A DNA stretch of 64,000 nt from an uncultured delta proteobacterium (GCA_963792965.1 CAWBYW010000016.1:160001-224000); one strand, 5' to 3'. Positions 29,766 to 40,584 are shown, counted from the stretch's first letter. The notes: generated by a model not told the origin, from the sequence alone. Made by a program: numbers and translations.

Positions 29766-30605
29766 CTACAGCGCTATCCGTCCGTGTCGCGCGCTGTGGC
29801 ACTGGAGGTTGACGGCAAGCGGGAGGCTCGCGATGTGGCAGGGGGCGATCTCGACGTGTACGGCAAGGGCCGTCACGCGGCCCCCCAGCCCCATCGGCCC
29901 AATGCCGAGCGCGTTGATCTCGCCCAGCGCCGCTCGCTCCATGTCGGCGATCCGCGCGTCCGCGTTCGGCTTCCCCACCTCACGAAGCAGCGCGCGGCGG
30001 GCCAGGATCGGCGCGGTGTCAAACGTCCCCCCGATCCCCACCCCCACGATAAGCGGCGGGCAGGCCCGCGCCCCCGCGTCGCTCACCACCGAGACGACCC
30101 ACCCCACGATATCCTCCTCCCGGGCAGACGGGGTCAGCATGAGGAGACGCGACGCGTTCTCGGCCCCGCCTCCCTTGGCGAGAAACGCGATGGTGAGTGC
30201 GCTCCCCGCCACCGGCCTGACGTGTATCACTGGGGGGGTGTTGTCGCCGGTGTTTTCGCGCGTCAGGGGGTCGGCCATCGAGGTCCGGAAATGTCCCTCC
30301 CGGTAACCCTGTCTCATCCCCTCGGTGACGGCCGCGCCCAGGTCTTGCCCCTCGATCAGGACCTCGTTTCCGATATCCACGAAGAAGATCGCCGTGCCGG
30401 TGTCCTGGCAGAGCGGCATGCGCGCATCGAGAGCGACGCGGCGGTTCTCCAGGATCTCCTCGATGACGAGCCTCCCCGCCCGGGACTCCTCGTCCGCCAG
30501 CGCCCGTGAAAGCGCCGCCGTTACGTCGGGCGGAAGCTCGATGTTCGCCCCGACGACGAGGTCCCTGACCGCACGTGCGATATCCTCGGCCGCGATCTTT
30601 CTCAC
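29766..30605 (-). CDS. Fe-S fumarate hydratase/tartrate dehydratase alpha subunit
   Basis: Motifs PLCQDTG, KGGGAEN, ACPP..VGVGIGG, GIGPMGLGG, CHIASLP and QCHSARH. Confidence 0.92.
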   Translation of the reverse strand: MRKIAAEDIARAVRDLVVGANIELPPDVTAALSRALADEESRAGRLVIEEILENRRVALDARMPLCQDTGTAIFFVDIGNEVLIEGQDLGAAVTEGMRQGYREGHFRTSMADPLTRENTGDNTPPVIHVRPVAGSALTIAFLAKGGGAENASRLLMLTPSAREEDIVGWVVSVVSDAGARACPPLIVGVGIGGTFDTAPILARRALLREVGKPNADARIADMERAALGEINALGIGPMGLGGRVTALAVHVEIAPCHIASLPLAVNLQCHSARHGRIAL

Positions 30606-31543
30606 GAGAGCTCCTTTTTGACCCCGTCGATCTCCGCCTTCACCACGGCGGCGGACTTTTCCAGCATCGCGCGCTCCTCAATGGAAAGCTCGATCTGGAT
30701 GATCCTGTCCATCCCCGCCCCTGATATCCTCACCGGCACGCCGAGGTATATACCCGAAAGACCATACTCCCCCTCGAGGAAAGCCGACGCACCCATGACC
30801 CTCTTCTGGTCCCTGAGGTAGGACTCGGCCATCATGACCGCGGACATGGCGGGGGAAATGTACGCGCTGCCCGTGGAGAGGAGCTTGACGATCTCGCCCC
30901 CGGCGAGACGTGTGCGAGAGACCAGTTCGTCGATCTTTTCCTTCGGGAGAAGCTTTTCGACCGGGATGCCGCAAACCGAGGCGCACCGGACGAGCGGCAC
31001 CATCGCGTCCCCGTGCCCTCCCAGCACCATCGCCTGTACGTCCCTGACCGAGACCTTCAGCTCTTCGGCGATGAAATAGGCAAAACGCGCCCCGTCCAGC
31101 GCCCCCGCCATCCCGACCACCCGCTCGCGGCCGAATCCCGTGACCTCCCTGGTCACCCACGCCATCACGTCCAGCGGGTTGGTCACGACAATGACAAACG
31201 AGTCCGGCGCGTGCTTTTTGATCTGTTCGGCAGTCCCCTTGACGATACCGGTGTTGACTCTGGCAAGATCCTCGCGGCTCATCCCCGGCTTTCGGGCAAA
31301 GCCCGCCGTGACGATGACGAGGTCGGCCCCGGAGAGCCCCGCCATATCGCTTGTGCCCTCGATGCGCCCGTCAAACGATCCGATGGGCGACCCCTCGGCG
31401 ATGTCGAGCGCCTTGCCGCTCGGCATGTCGGGCACGACATCGACCAGCGTGATATCCCCCAATTCCCTCTGGGCGGCAAAAAGGGCGCAGGAGCTTCCCA
31501 CGTTTCCCGCCCCGACGACGGCGATCTTACTTCGTTGTGACAT
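30602..31543 (-). CDS. mdh: Malate dehydrogenase (LDH-like)
   Basis: Motifs GAGNVG, TAGFARKPGMSREDL, VTNPLD and LGGHGD. Confidence 0.93.
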   Translation of the reverse strand: MSQRSKIAVVGAGNVGSSCALFAAQRELGDITLVDVVPDMPSGKALDIAEGSPIGSFDGRIEGTSDMAGLSGADLVIVTAGFARKPGMSREDLARVNTGIVKGTAEQIKKHAPDSFVIVVTNPLDVMAWVTREVTGFGRERVVGMAGALDGARFAYFIAEELKVSVRDVQAMVLGGHGDAMVPLVRCASVCGIPVEKLLPKEKIDELVSRTRLAGGEIVKLLSTGSAYISPAMSAVMMAESYLRDQKRVMGASAFLEGEYGLSGIYLGVPVRISGAGMDRIIQIELSIEERAMLEKSAAVVKAEIDGVKKELS

Positions 31544-31794
31544 ATGATCTAGTCCTTGATTCGTGAGAGTCGGTATACGGCGCCGGTATCAGCGCCAAGA
31601 GGCCGTTCATCTACATCTCATTGACGGGAGCTCCCCACCCGATAAAGAGAACGGCTCATGCCGCTACGATACTAACGCCCCCGCCCATCACAGCGTAAAC
31701 CCCGAGGGCAACGGTAGGGGTTCCACGTGAAACCAGGCATCGCGGCCTCAGTACGTGGGACGAGCCGTTTACGCGTGGCCCCGCGATAGCCGGC

Positions 31795-33032
31795 TTACTC
31801 CATCGCTTTAACCATCGCGCGTGCAAATCCCGAGCAGGAGACCTCGGTTGCCCCCTCCATCTGCCGCGCAAGGTCGTAGGTGACGGTTTTCTTGGCGACC
31901 GCGGCTGCAATTGCCCGCCGTACGAGCCCTGCCGCCTCGTGCCACCCCATATGATCGAGCATCAACGCCCCCGAGAGGATGAGCGAGCCGGGGTTGACCT
32001 TGTCTTTGCCGGCGTATTTCGGGGCGGTGCCGTGGGTCGCCTCGAAGAGCGCCGCGCGGTCCCCGATGTTTGCCCCCGGCGCCATCCCAAGCCCGCCGAC
32101 CTGCGCGGCCAGCGCGTCGGAGAGGTAATCGCCGGTCAGGTTCGGCGTGGCGACCACCGAGTACTCCTCGGGACGGAGCAGCACCTGCTGGAACATGCTG
32201 TCGGCGATCCTATCCTTGATGACGACCTTTCCCTTCACCGCCGTCCCGCCCGTCTCCGACTCGGGAAGGGTCGACTCCCCGAACTCCTCCCGGGCCACCT
32301 CGTACCCCCAGTCCCTGAAGGCCCCCTCGGTGAATTTCATGATGTTTCCCTTATGAACGAGCGTCACCGAATCCCGGCCGTTCTCGACGGCGTAGCGGAC
32401 GGCCCGCCGCACGAGCTTCTTGGTCCCGGTCTCGCTCATCGGCTTGATGCCGATCCCGGCGTCACTGGCAATCGTGACGCCGAACTGATCGTGGAGGATA
32501 CCGATGAGGCGTACCGCCTCGTCGCTCCCTCGTTTCCACTCGATGCCGGCGTAGACGTCCTCCATGTTCTCACGGAAGATGACCATATCGACCCGTTCGG
32601 GATGCCGCATCGGTGAGGGGACGCCGGGGATATAGGCGACGGGACGCACGCAGGCGTAGAGGTCAAGCGCCTGCCTCAACGTCACGTTGATGCTCCTGAT
32701 CCCGCCGCCCACCGGGGTGGTCAGGGGGCCTTTGATGGCCACCTTATAGTCGCCGATGGCCCGGACCGTCTCGTCCGGAAGCCACGAGCCGGTCTTCTCG
32801 TTGGCCAGCTCGCCGGCCAACACCTCAAACCACCGGATCTCCCGCTTCCCGCGGTAGGCTCGTTTCACGGCCTCATCGATGACGATCTCGGCCGCCCGCC
32901 AGATGTCGGGCCCGGTGCCGTCCCCCCGGATAAAGGGGACGATGGGATCGTCGGGGACGGACGAGATCCCCCTTCTCATCGATTGTTATCGTGGAGCCGT
33001 CAGGGGGAGATAAAAAGCAGCTGTTTTGCCAT
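31795..33032 (-). CDS. icd: NADP-dependent isocitrate dehydrogenase, N-terminal frameshifts
   Basis: Motifs [37 protein letters not shown] and [16 protein letters not shown] 33032 is out of frame with the main ORF. Confidence 0.93.
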
Positions 33033-33246
33033 TGTTCCTTATTAACCCTATTGCCATTCGGGGCTAATAGCCCATACTCTAATAAGATCGCGATGCCTTG
33101 CCGGGTATCATCTACGATTCCGCAGTCAAATAGTGCATCATCACAACCCGACATGACCACGCTCTTCGTCCGGGCGGGAGGCACCGCCGTAACGTCGCGC
33201 TATCCCTGCCGGAGGCCCGTCCGCGCCTCCGCCCTGCCGTGGCCGT

Positions 33247-33754
33247 TCAGACAGCGATGCCGCCGTGCTTCTTGATGTGGGAGACCAGCCCCCCGTCCTC
33301 GAGGATCTTCTGCATGATGCCGGGAAGCGCCGGAAACGTGAGCTCAAAGCCGCGCGTCACGTCTCTCACTACCCCTCTGGCGAGGTCGACCTCCAGCTCA
33401 TCGGCTTCCTGTATGCGCCTCGGTATCGACGATGATAACCGGAAGCCCCACGTTGATGGCGTTTCTGAAGAAGATCCGCGCAAACGATTTTGCCAGGACC
33501 GCCCCCACGCCCGCCATCTTGATGATGATCGGCGCGTGCTCGCGCGACGACCCGAGCCCGAAGTTTCTGCCCGCCACCACGAAATCACCTACGGAAAGCT
33601 TTGCCGCAAAGTCTTCCCTCGCGTCTTCCAGCACGTGCTTTGCAAGCTCGGGGAGGTTCGACCTCAGGTGATAATACCTTCCGGGAGCGATGTGATCCGT
33701 CGAGATGTCATCTCCGAAGAGAAACGCCTTTCCTCTCAATACCTTTTCGGCCAT
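33247..33754 (-). CDS. 3-isopropylmalate dehydratase/homoaconitase small subunit (LeuD/HacB), one frameshift
   Basis: Motifs [27 protein letters not shown] and [16 protein letters not shown]; the shifted tail reads ILEDGGLV. Confidence 0.88.
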
Positions 33755-33759
33755 CCGGT

Positions 33760-34617
33760 CTACTCCGTTTTTTCCGTCTTTTCGCTTTTTTCGCCCTTCT
33801 TGATAGTAGAATTGATCAGGGCCCTGAGGATGAGGCTCCTCTTGGCCCCTCCCAGCACGCTTTTCAAATCCTCATAGAGGCTCGGATCGTTGACGAGTGC
33901 GCCAAGGGTCCCTTCGCCGTTATCGATCTTGGTCAGGATGCTGTCCAGCCGAGTGATCGATTCATTGAGATTGTTGACCGGGGCGGTCGTCTTGCCGGTC
34001 GAACCGTAGACGAGCCCATGCAGCGTGCCGTTTCCCTTCTTGATCTCACCCACGATCTCGTCGGTATTCTTGAGGATACGCGCCACGTCTTCGCCGGAGC
34101 CTTCCTTCTTCAGGGGGGCCAGGAAGGTATTAAGGGAGTCGGTGATGTTCTCGATATTGCTCACGATCTTGTCGGCCCGCTCGAGATACGCGAAGAGCTC
34201 GACACTCTCCACCGAGGTGATGTAATCCCCGTTTTGGAGAACCTTCGCCTCAGGGCTCCCGATGGTAATGGCGATGTACTTATCTCCCAACACCCCCATC
34301 GTCAGGATGCTTGCCGTGCTGTCGTCCCTGACCCGCTCCTGAACATTCTTATTGATCCTGAGCTCGACGCCCACGAGGCGCTTGTTGCGATCGGATAAAA
34401 ACCATATCCGCGAAACCGTCCCCACCTCCACACCCGCAAGTCTCACCGGCGAGCCGACGATGAGCCCTCCCACGTCCTTGAAATTGGTGAAGAGGACATA
34501 CTGCTCCCTGAAGAGCTGATTCTTGCTCCCGATGGAAAAAACGACGATGAAGGCAAGGACAATCCCGATGAATATGAAGAGCCCGACCCTGATCTCCTGT
34601 GCCGCTTTTCTAGCCAT
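33760..34617 (-). CDS. mlaD: MlaD/MCE family protein
   Basis: N-terminal TM; motifs [20 protein letters not shown] and [10 protein letters not shown]; helical tail [11 protein letters not shown]. Confidence 0.85.
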   Translation of the reverse strand: MARKAAQEIRVGLFIFIGIVLAFIVVFSIGSKNQLFREQYVLFTNFKDVGGLIVGSPVRLAGVEVGTVSRIWFLSDRNKRLVGVELRINKNVQERVRDDSTASILTMGVLGDKYIAITIGSPEAKVLQNGDYITSVESVELFAYLERADKIVSNIENITDSLNTFLAPLKKEGSGEDVARILKNTDEIVGEIKKGNGTLHGLVYGSTGKTTAPVNNLNESITRLDSILTKIDNGEGTLGALVNDPSLYEDLKSVLGGAKRSLILRALINSTIKKGEKSEKTEKTE

Positions 34618-34768
34618 ACACACCTCCTCAGACACCCCGGAAGAGTCTGCCTTCCAGGGGGGTGCGCCAAAAAGAAAAATCACATGAGCGCTGCTCTTAG
34701 GTTAGTAGCGTATCCTTTTAATCCAAGGTCTCGCGCAAAACCGCCCATACGCCGCCGGCCCCCGTCCC

Positions 34769-35509
34769 CTATAGATCCCCGATATTCCCCTCGATGAACC
34801 CTTTAACCATCGGGTCCTGCGACTCGGTCATTTCTTTAGAGGTCCCCACCGCCGCGATCTTCCCGCGGTAGAGCAACGCAAGCCTGTTGCTGACGGAGAA
34901 GGCCGATTTCATGTCATGCGTGACGACGATCGAGGTGACCTTGAGAAGCTTCTGCATCTCGATAATGAGGTGGTTGATCCGGTTCGAATTGCCCGGGTCA
35001 AGGCCGGTGGTCGGCTCGTCGTAGAGAATGATCTCGGGATCATACGCGATGGCCCGGGCCAGCGCCACCCTCTTCTTCATCCCGCCGGAAAGGTCGGCGG
35101 GCATCATCTCCTCGATCCCCGGCAGCCCCACCATGTCAAGGCACTTTCCGACCTTCTGCCTGATCTCTTCTTCGGTTACCCCTTTATGCATCGTCAGACC
35201 GTAGGCCACGTTGTCGCCCACGCTAACGGAGTCAAAGAGCGCCCCGCCCTGAAAGAGCATCCCGATCCTTCTTCGCACACCAACCAGCTCTTCCTCGTCC
35301 AGCGGGACGATATCGACTCCATCGATCAGTATCTTTCCCTCGTCCGGCTTCATGAGCCCGATGAGGAGCTTTAAGAGGACGCTCTTGCCGGAGCCGCTCC
35401 CGCCGATGATCGTAATCGTCTCGCCTTTATTGATGGAGAGATCAAGCCCCGTATAGACCACTTTTTCGTCGAACGCTTTTTTGATGTCTCTGAATTCGAT
35501 AAACGGCAT
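34769..35509 (-). CDS. mlaF: Mla/Mce ABC transporter ATP-binding protein
   Basis: Motifs GGSGSGKS, LFQGGALFDS, LSGGMKKRVALARA and YDEPTTGLDP. Confidence 0.88.
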   Translation of the reverse strand: MPFIEFRDIKKAFDEKVVYTGLDLSINKGETITIIGGSGSGKSVLLKLLIGLMKPDEGKILIDGVDIVPLDEEELVGVRRRIGMLFQGGALFDSVSVGDNVAYGLTMHKGVTEEEIRQKVGKCLDMVGLPGIEEMMPADLSGGMKKRVALARAIAYDPEIILYDEPTTGLDPGNSNRINHLIIEMQKLLKVTSIVVTHDMKSAFSVSNRLALLYRGKIAAVGTSKEMTESQDPMVKGFIEGNIGDL

Positions 35510-35510
35510 A

Positions 35511-36296
35511 TCAGGCCTGGAAAACGAGTATAAAAAGTTTCGTCAGGAAGAAATCCGCAACGAGGATCGAGAGCGATATCGTGACGACCGACTCCGTGGT
35601 CGCCTTGCCGACCCCGACCGTGCCCCCCACGGTCGTGAATCCCCGGTAGCACCCCACCAGCCCGATGATCATTCCGAAAAATGCCGACTTCCCCACACCG
35701 CCGACGAAGTCGCTGATCTCAAGGACGTTATAGACCTGGTTCATGTAATAGGTGGGGTTGACGCCGAGCTCCCGCATGGTGATGAGCATCCCCGAGATGA
35801 TCCCCACCACGATCGAGAAGACCGTGAGGACCGGCAGCACGATGGTACACGCCAGGACCTTGGGGCCAACGAGCTCCCGCACCGGATCGGCGCCAAGCGC
35901 CCGGAAGGCGTCGATCTGTTCGGTCACGTTCATGGAGCCGACCTCGGCGGTGATGCCGGCGCCGACCCTCCCGCCGACGAGAAGGCCCGTCAGCACCGGC
36001 CCGAGCTCACGCACGAGAGAGACCGCCAACACGTTGGCGGCAAAGGACTCGGCACCGAACCTCTTCAGCGAAAAGGCCAGCTGCAATGCAAAGACGAGCC
36101 CCGTGAAGAGGGCGGTGAACGTTGCGATGAGGATCGACTTGATCCCGATATATTCTATCTGTTCGACAACGAGGCCGTATCTGAAGGGCGGCGTGACGAG
36201 TGTCAGGATCGTTCGGAAGAACATCCGCGTGGAGCCGTCGAAGTAGATGACGGTCTTCAGGAACCGCTCGCCAAGAACGCGGAAGAACTCCTTCAT
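35511..36296 (-). CDS. mlaE: MlaE family ABC permease
   Basis: Motifs RELGPVLTGL, GRVGAGITAEVGSMNVTEQIDA and GVGKATTESVV. Confidence 0.9.
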   Translation of the reverse strand: MKEFFRVLGERFLKTVIYFDGSTRMFFRTILTLVTPPFRYGLVVEQIEYIGIKSILIATFTALFTGLVFALQLAFSLKRFGAESFAANVLAVSLVRELGPVLTGLLVGGRVGAGITAEVGSMNVTEQIDAFRALGADPVRELVGPKVLACTIVLPVLTVFSIVVGIISGMLITMRELGVNPTYYMNQVYNVLEISDFVGGVGKSAFFGMIIGLVGCYRGFTTVGGTVGVGKATTESVVTISLSILVADFFLTKLFILVFQA

Positions 36297-36820
36297 TTGG
36301 CAGGCTCCTTCGTAAAGTGAAAGCTCTCCACCACGTCTGCGAAAACGGGCGACACCCGGTCGAAGTCTTCAACGCGGCACCAGGAGGCGATATCGTATAT
36401 GGTGCCGGAAGATCGTATCACGTATGCGGAGAAAATCAGCGGCACCCCGTTGGACACGCCTTTGAGCTTCACGTACCACGCCGGCACGCCGTCTATCGTC
36501 GCCTCCTCAGACGTAAGATATTCGGCCTTTTCGATCCCCATGAAAAGCTCCCGGGCCAAGAACTGCAGGGGTGCCTCTTTCCCGTCCCCGCCCGCATAAC
36601 TGTCCGGTCCCGCCGCCACGGCGATTGAGGCCCCGTCGGCGGGGTCGCTCGTTGCCACGAGGGCCTCCTTGGGGGGAATTACCTCAAAGGGGGCCTTCGG
36701 CAGCTCCACGGAAAAATGATACTCGTCGGAAACGAAGGTACTGTCCACAATCCGACCATGGGCACAGCCGAATACAACGAGCGCCAACACTACAAGGATT
36801 ATCGGCCGATAGTGTATCAT
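36293..36820 (-). CDS. Hypothetical lipoprotein (possible PsbP/DcrB-like fold)
   Basis: Lipobox VFGC; YHFSVELP...IDGVPA...FADVVESFHF pattern; overlaps its neighbours by 4 nt. Confidence 0.65.
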   Translation of the reverse strand: MIHYRPIILVVLALVVFGCAHGRIVDSTFVSDEYHFSVELPKAPFEVIPPKEALVATSDPADGASIAVAAGPDSYAGGDGKEAPLQFLARELFMGIEKAEYLTSEEATIDGVPAWYVKLKGVSNGVPLIFSAYVIRSSGTIYDIASWCRVEDFDRVSPVFADVVESFHFTKEPAK

Positions 36821-37740
36821 CGAACCACCACGTCCTTTCGCGCGTGCATTAAGAGTAATACCCCGAAGACCAGCGGAAGACAAGAGATGATCACGAGCAG
36901 AAAAATCTGCCCCACACCCCATACCTCCCTCCGGAAGAGCGACCCCACCGCCCCGAAAATCATAACGGCCGAGAAGGCAACCAGGATGATTCCGACGGTG
37001 ATCTTGACCAGGCCCACCGGGGTTCGATATCTGGAGACGGTGGCGTAGAGTTCTTCGTCCCGCATACCCCGAAAAGGCGAGTCCTTGAGAGCCAACAGCA
37101 GCCGTTTTTTGTAAATCCGATAGAGCCAGACCATGATCGGAATAATGAGCAGCGCAAGCGGTGTCTCGGTAAAGAGGACAAAATCGTACGCTCCGTGAAA
37201 GATAATGGCGATAAGGAGCCCCGCCGCAAGAAAGTGTTTGTGCGTCTGACGATCCATCTTCAGCATGCCGACGTAATAGCCGATAACAGCCCCGGTAAGG
37301 GCGTGCAGCGGCACCGCAAAGACGGCGCGGAAGACCCCCGTGGCAAGACCGAACTCATAGACGTAAAAGACGTTTTCGATCGTGGCAAAACCGAGGGCCC
37401 CCGCCACGCAGTAGACGATGCCGTCCATTACCTCGTTGAACGTGGGCGAGCGATACGCCTTGATGCCCACCGAGAGAAGCTTTGCGCCCTCTTCAATCGG
37501 GGCGATGATGAAAAACGAGCCGATAAATGCCCCGACGATATTCCCTTCTATCGGGATCCCGGAGGACGCCTCCAGTACCATCTCCAGGAAGCCCGCCGGG
37601 ACCGCCAGCACCGCCCCGATGAAGAAAGTGGCAACGATGAGGCCCTTGGGTTCCGGCTCGTACTTATCCTTGTGGTAGACATACCACAGGATAAAGAACG
37701 CCGGGGCGACGGCCAGCAGGAAAAGCATCAGGAATTCCAC
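36817..37740 (-). CDS. PrsW family intramembrane glutamic protease
   Basis: Motifs DKYEPEP, IEEGAK, ALGFATIEN, PLHAL and FHGAYD. Confidence 0.9.
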   Translation of the reverse strand: MEFLMLFLLAVAPAFFILWYVYHKDKYEPEPKGLIVATFFIGAVLAVPAGFLEMVLEASSGIPIEGNIVGAFIGSFFIIAPIEEGAKLLSVGIKAYRSPTFNEVMDGIVYCVAGALGFATIENVFYVYEFGLATGVFRAVFAVPLHALTGAVIGYYVGMLKMDRQTHKHFLAAGLLIAIIFHGAYDFVLFTETPLALLIIPIMVWLYRIYKKRLLLALKDSPFRGMRDEELYATVSRYRTPVGLVKITVGIILVAFSAVMIFGAVGSLFRREVWGVGQIFLLVIISCLPLVFGVLLLMHARKDVVVR

Positions 37741-37958
37741 GTACGAGTCACCCGCTAAAAATCATTTTATTATAACAAAACTTTTTCTGTTTTACTACTA
37801 AACAGAGTAACCCAGCTATGTTTTTATCAGGTCGCGTCTGATGGCCGCCGCGAGCCGTGCCCCAAAAAGGTCCGCTCGTCGTCTTCAATCTGCTTGACAT
37901 TCGTGATATTCCCGCGATAATAGTACGATAACCGTTGGATTTCTTCAGGAGGAATGCA

Positions 37959-38486
37959 ATGAAATTAGTAAGACTCATTCTCGCGGCGATTCTCCTGGGC
38001 ACGCTTTCGCTCATCGTATCGCTGCCCGCACAGGCGGCGGAAACGGTAACCCCCGACGAGATAATCACCAAGGTACACGAGGCGGCAAAATTCCTCTCCG
38101 AGAAGGGCGAGGCGGGGCTGGCTCAGTTCAATGACCCAAAGGGCCCGTGGGCGTGGAAGGACACCTATGTCTTCGTTTTCGACTGCAGCAGGGGGATCAT
38201 CGTCGCCCATCCCAACAAGGACCTGGTCGGCACAAAACTCGCGTTGCGGGTGGACAAGAACGGCCTCAAGTATGACCTCTCCCTCTGCGAGGAGGCAAAG
38301 AAACCCCTCGGCGGCTGGGTCGAATACTGGAGGCCGAGCGATGTCATCGATGAAACCGGCACGGCCGAGTATCAGAGAAAGATCTCCTATATGCTGAAAG
38401 TGCAGGGCCGGCCCTATGAGGTCGGGGCGGGTATCTACGAGCCGACACTTACCGTTGACGAGCTAAATAAAATGTTGGAAAAGTAG
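37959..38486 (+). CDS. Secreted stand-alone single Cache domain protein
   Basis: Signal peptide; motifs FNDPKGPWAWKDTYVFVFD, AHP, GGWVEYW and VGAGIY. Confidence 0.85.
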   Translation: MKLVRLILAAILLGTLSLIVSLPAQAAETVTPDEIITKVHEAAKFLSEKGEAGLAQFNDPKGPWAWKDTYVFVFDCSRGIIVAHPNKDLVGTKLALRVDKNGLKYDLSLCEEAKKPLGGWVEYWRPSDVIDETGTAEYQRKISYMLKVQGRPYEVGAGIYEPTLTVDELNKMLEK

Positions 38487-38588
38487 AGGCGGCCGCGTTT
38501 CACGACCAAACGACATCGGCCAATGGCGCATATACGTCCGCAGCTGACGGATGTCCTTTGTTAACCTCATTCTCACGTGGAGAGAGAC

Positions 38589-39108
38589 ATGAAAAAAGTT
38601 CCCCTGTTCGTTTTACTATCAGTTCTGGCGTCCCTAACGGCGCTCGTAGCGATCCCCGCCTTTGCCGGGGAAAACGCCACGCCCGAGGAGGTGATCGCCA
38701 AAGTCAACGAGGCATCGGCATACCTCATCGAAAAGGGCGACGCGGGCCTGGCCTCGGTTTAACGACCCCAAGGGCCCGTGGGTCTGGAAAAATACCTACG
38801 TCTTCGTGTATGACTGTGATAAGGGAGTCTGCGTGGGCAATATCACGCCGGGCCTTGTCGGAAAAAAGATCCAGGACATCAAGGACGCCAACGGCAAGCC
38901 GACCGGCCTTGACCTCTGCGAAGCGTCCAAGAGCCCCAACGGGAAGTGGATCGAGTACGTCTGGAGAGACCCGAGCACCGGTGAGATGAAGCCGAAGCTC
39001 TCCTTCATCTACAAGGCCCCCGGCGCCAAGTACACCGTCTGCGCCGGAATCTACAGCCCCGAGGGAGTCACCGCCGCGGATCTCAACAAGAAACTCGAAG
39101 GCAAATAG
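38589..39108 (+). CDS. Second secreted single Cache domain protein, one frameshift near 38760
   Basis: Paralogue of the upstream gene: ATPEEVIAKVNEA / NDPKGPWVWKNTYVFVYDC..GKWIEYVW..VCAGIY. Confidence 0.8.
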
Positions 39109-39126
39109 TATCCCCGCGAAGATAGC

Positions 39127-39162
39127 AAAAAGGGGCGTTCCCGCCGGGAACGCCCCTTTTTT
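39127..39162. terminator. Bidirectional intrinsic terminator
   Basis: AAAAA-GGGGCGTTCCC-gcc-GGGAACGCCCC-TTTTTT between convergent genes. Confidence 0.85.
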
Positions 39163-39191
39163 ATGTTCTATATCGAGGGCCTTTGTCCTTC

Positions 39192-39713
39192 TTATGCCTT
39201 CCGACGTTCAACGATCTGTTGGGCCTTCCTGTCGGAGTCTCCCATCAGATAATAGAGGGCGACGGCCGCAAAGATTGCGTAGAGGGGAAGCTTGGGAATC
39301 AGGTAGTGGTTCATATAGAGGTAGATCCCGGTAAAATAGAGGACGTTGTAGAGGCAGAATACAAAGATGTCGATCGAGAGGAGCGTCAGGAGTCTCTTCT
39401 TCCCCCCCGGGCGGAAATTCCAGTAGGAGGCCGAAAACCAGATGAAGAGCGGCACCGAGACGAGGTAATAAAGAGAAAATGTGCCCGACAGGAAGAGGTC
39501 GAGGCCATTCGGGTCCCGGGGAATGCCCGAGAGCGAGAGCGTATGCGTGAGGTATCCCACGAGGAGCGAGAAGTGTGAGAAAAAATTGATCGAGAGGTTG
39601 AAAAAAGAGACCGTCATCCCGAAGAAACCGGCGTACCAGAAGCCGAAGGGGAGCCCCTCGTTGAGCCGATAGGGGGGGAAAAGGATCTCCATGAATTTTC
39701 TTTGTTCTGTCAT
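39192..39713 (-). CDS. Hypothetical membrane protein
   Basis: GAGGAG RBS before MTEQRKFMEILFPP; about four hydrophobic segments; follows lgt directly. Confidence 0.6.
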   Translation of the reverse strand: MTEQRKFMEILFPPYRLNEGLPFGFWYAGFFGMTVSFFNLSINFFSHFSLLVGYLTHTLSLSGIPRDPNGLDLFLSGTFSLYYLVSVPLFIWFSASYWNFRPGGKKRLLTLLSIDIFVFCLYNVLYFTGIYLYMNHYLIPKLPLYAIFAAVALYYLMGDSDRKAQQIVERRKA

Positions 39714-39714
39714 C

Positions 39715-40584
39715 TCATCTCCTCGGGGCTTTAAGCCCCTTATGCGTACGGTGGCCCGTCGTTTTTTTATCCCGGTCGCCGTCTGTCGGGCGCCTGCCCG
39801 GTTTTGTAATGCCGTCGATGAGAGCGACGCTGTTTTTCTCGCGGATGCGATAGTAGAGGACAATCCCGACGATGACGGCGACGATGCTGATAAGCTGGGA
39901 GGTGGTGACGCTCCCCCACAGCCATGAGCCCCGCGGGTCCCCGCGGAACGCCTCAACGATACTCCGGGTCGCGCCATAGAGAAAAAGATAGGAGAGGATC
40001 TGCTCTCCGCGGAATCGTACCTTGTCTCTCCGGAGAACAAGCACGGCAAAGATGGCGAAGTCAAACAGCATGTCGTAAATCTGGGTCGGGTGCAGCGCCA
40101 CCCCTAACGGCGCGATCCCGGACTGGGTAAAGGTAATGCCCCAGGGGAGGCTTGTCGGCTTCCCGTAGCAGCAGCCGGCCATAAGGCAGCCGATCCGCCC
40201 GATGCCCTGGCCCAGCGCGACGAAGGGGATGGCGATATCCACCCAGACCCACCCGTCCAATTTCTTGGCCCTGAAATAGATCAGCGCCGCAATGAGCGCT
40301 CCGACGAAAGCCCCGTACCAGACCAGCCCCCCCTCCCAGAGCATGAGGATCTTGAAGGGATAGTGCAAGTAATAGTCGAAATTGACCAGGACGTAGACAA
40401 GCCGGGAGCCGACGATGGCCGAAAGCAGGACCCAGAAGGCAAGGTCGATGCCCGTGTCGACGGAGATCTGCCGCTTCTTCAGCTGGAAGAGAAAAAGCGC
40501 AAAGGCGGCCAGAAATCCCATGGAGACAAAAAAACCGTAGGTGTAAACGGTGACCACCCCGAAGGAATAGAGGATCGGATGCAT
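39715..40584 (-). CDS. lgt: Prolipoprotein diacylglyceryl transferase
   Basis: Motifs MHPIL, YTYG, GSRLVY, WEGGLVWYG, GRIGCLMAGCCYG, HPTQIY and EAFRGD. Confidence 0.95.
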   Translation of the reverse strand: MHPILYSFGVVTVYTYGFFVSMGFLAAFALFLFQLKKRQISVDTGIDLAFWVLLSAIVGSRLVYVLVNFDYYLHYPFKILMLWEGGLVWYGAFVGALIAALIYFRAKKLDGWVWVDIAIPFVALGQGIGRIGCLMAGCCYGKPTSLPWGITFTQSGIAPLGVALHPTQIYDMLFDFAIFAVLVLRRDKVRFRGEQILSYLFLYGATRSIVEAFRGDPRGSWLWGSVTTSQLISIVAVIVGIVLYYRIREKNSVALIDGITKPGRRPTDGDRDKKTTGHRTHKGLKAPRR

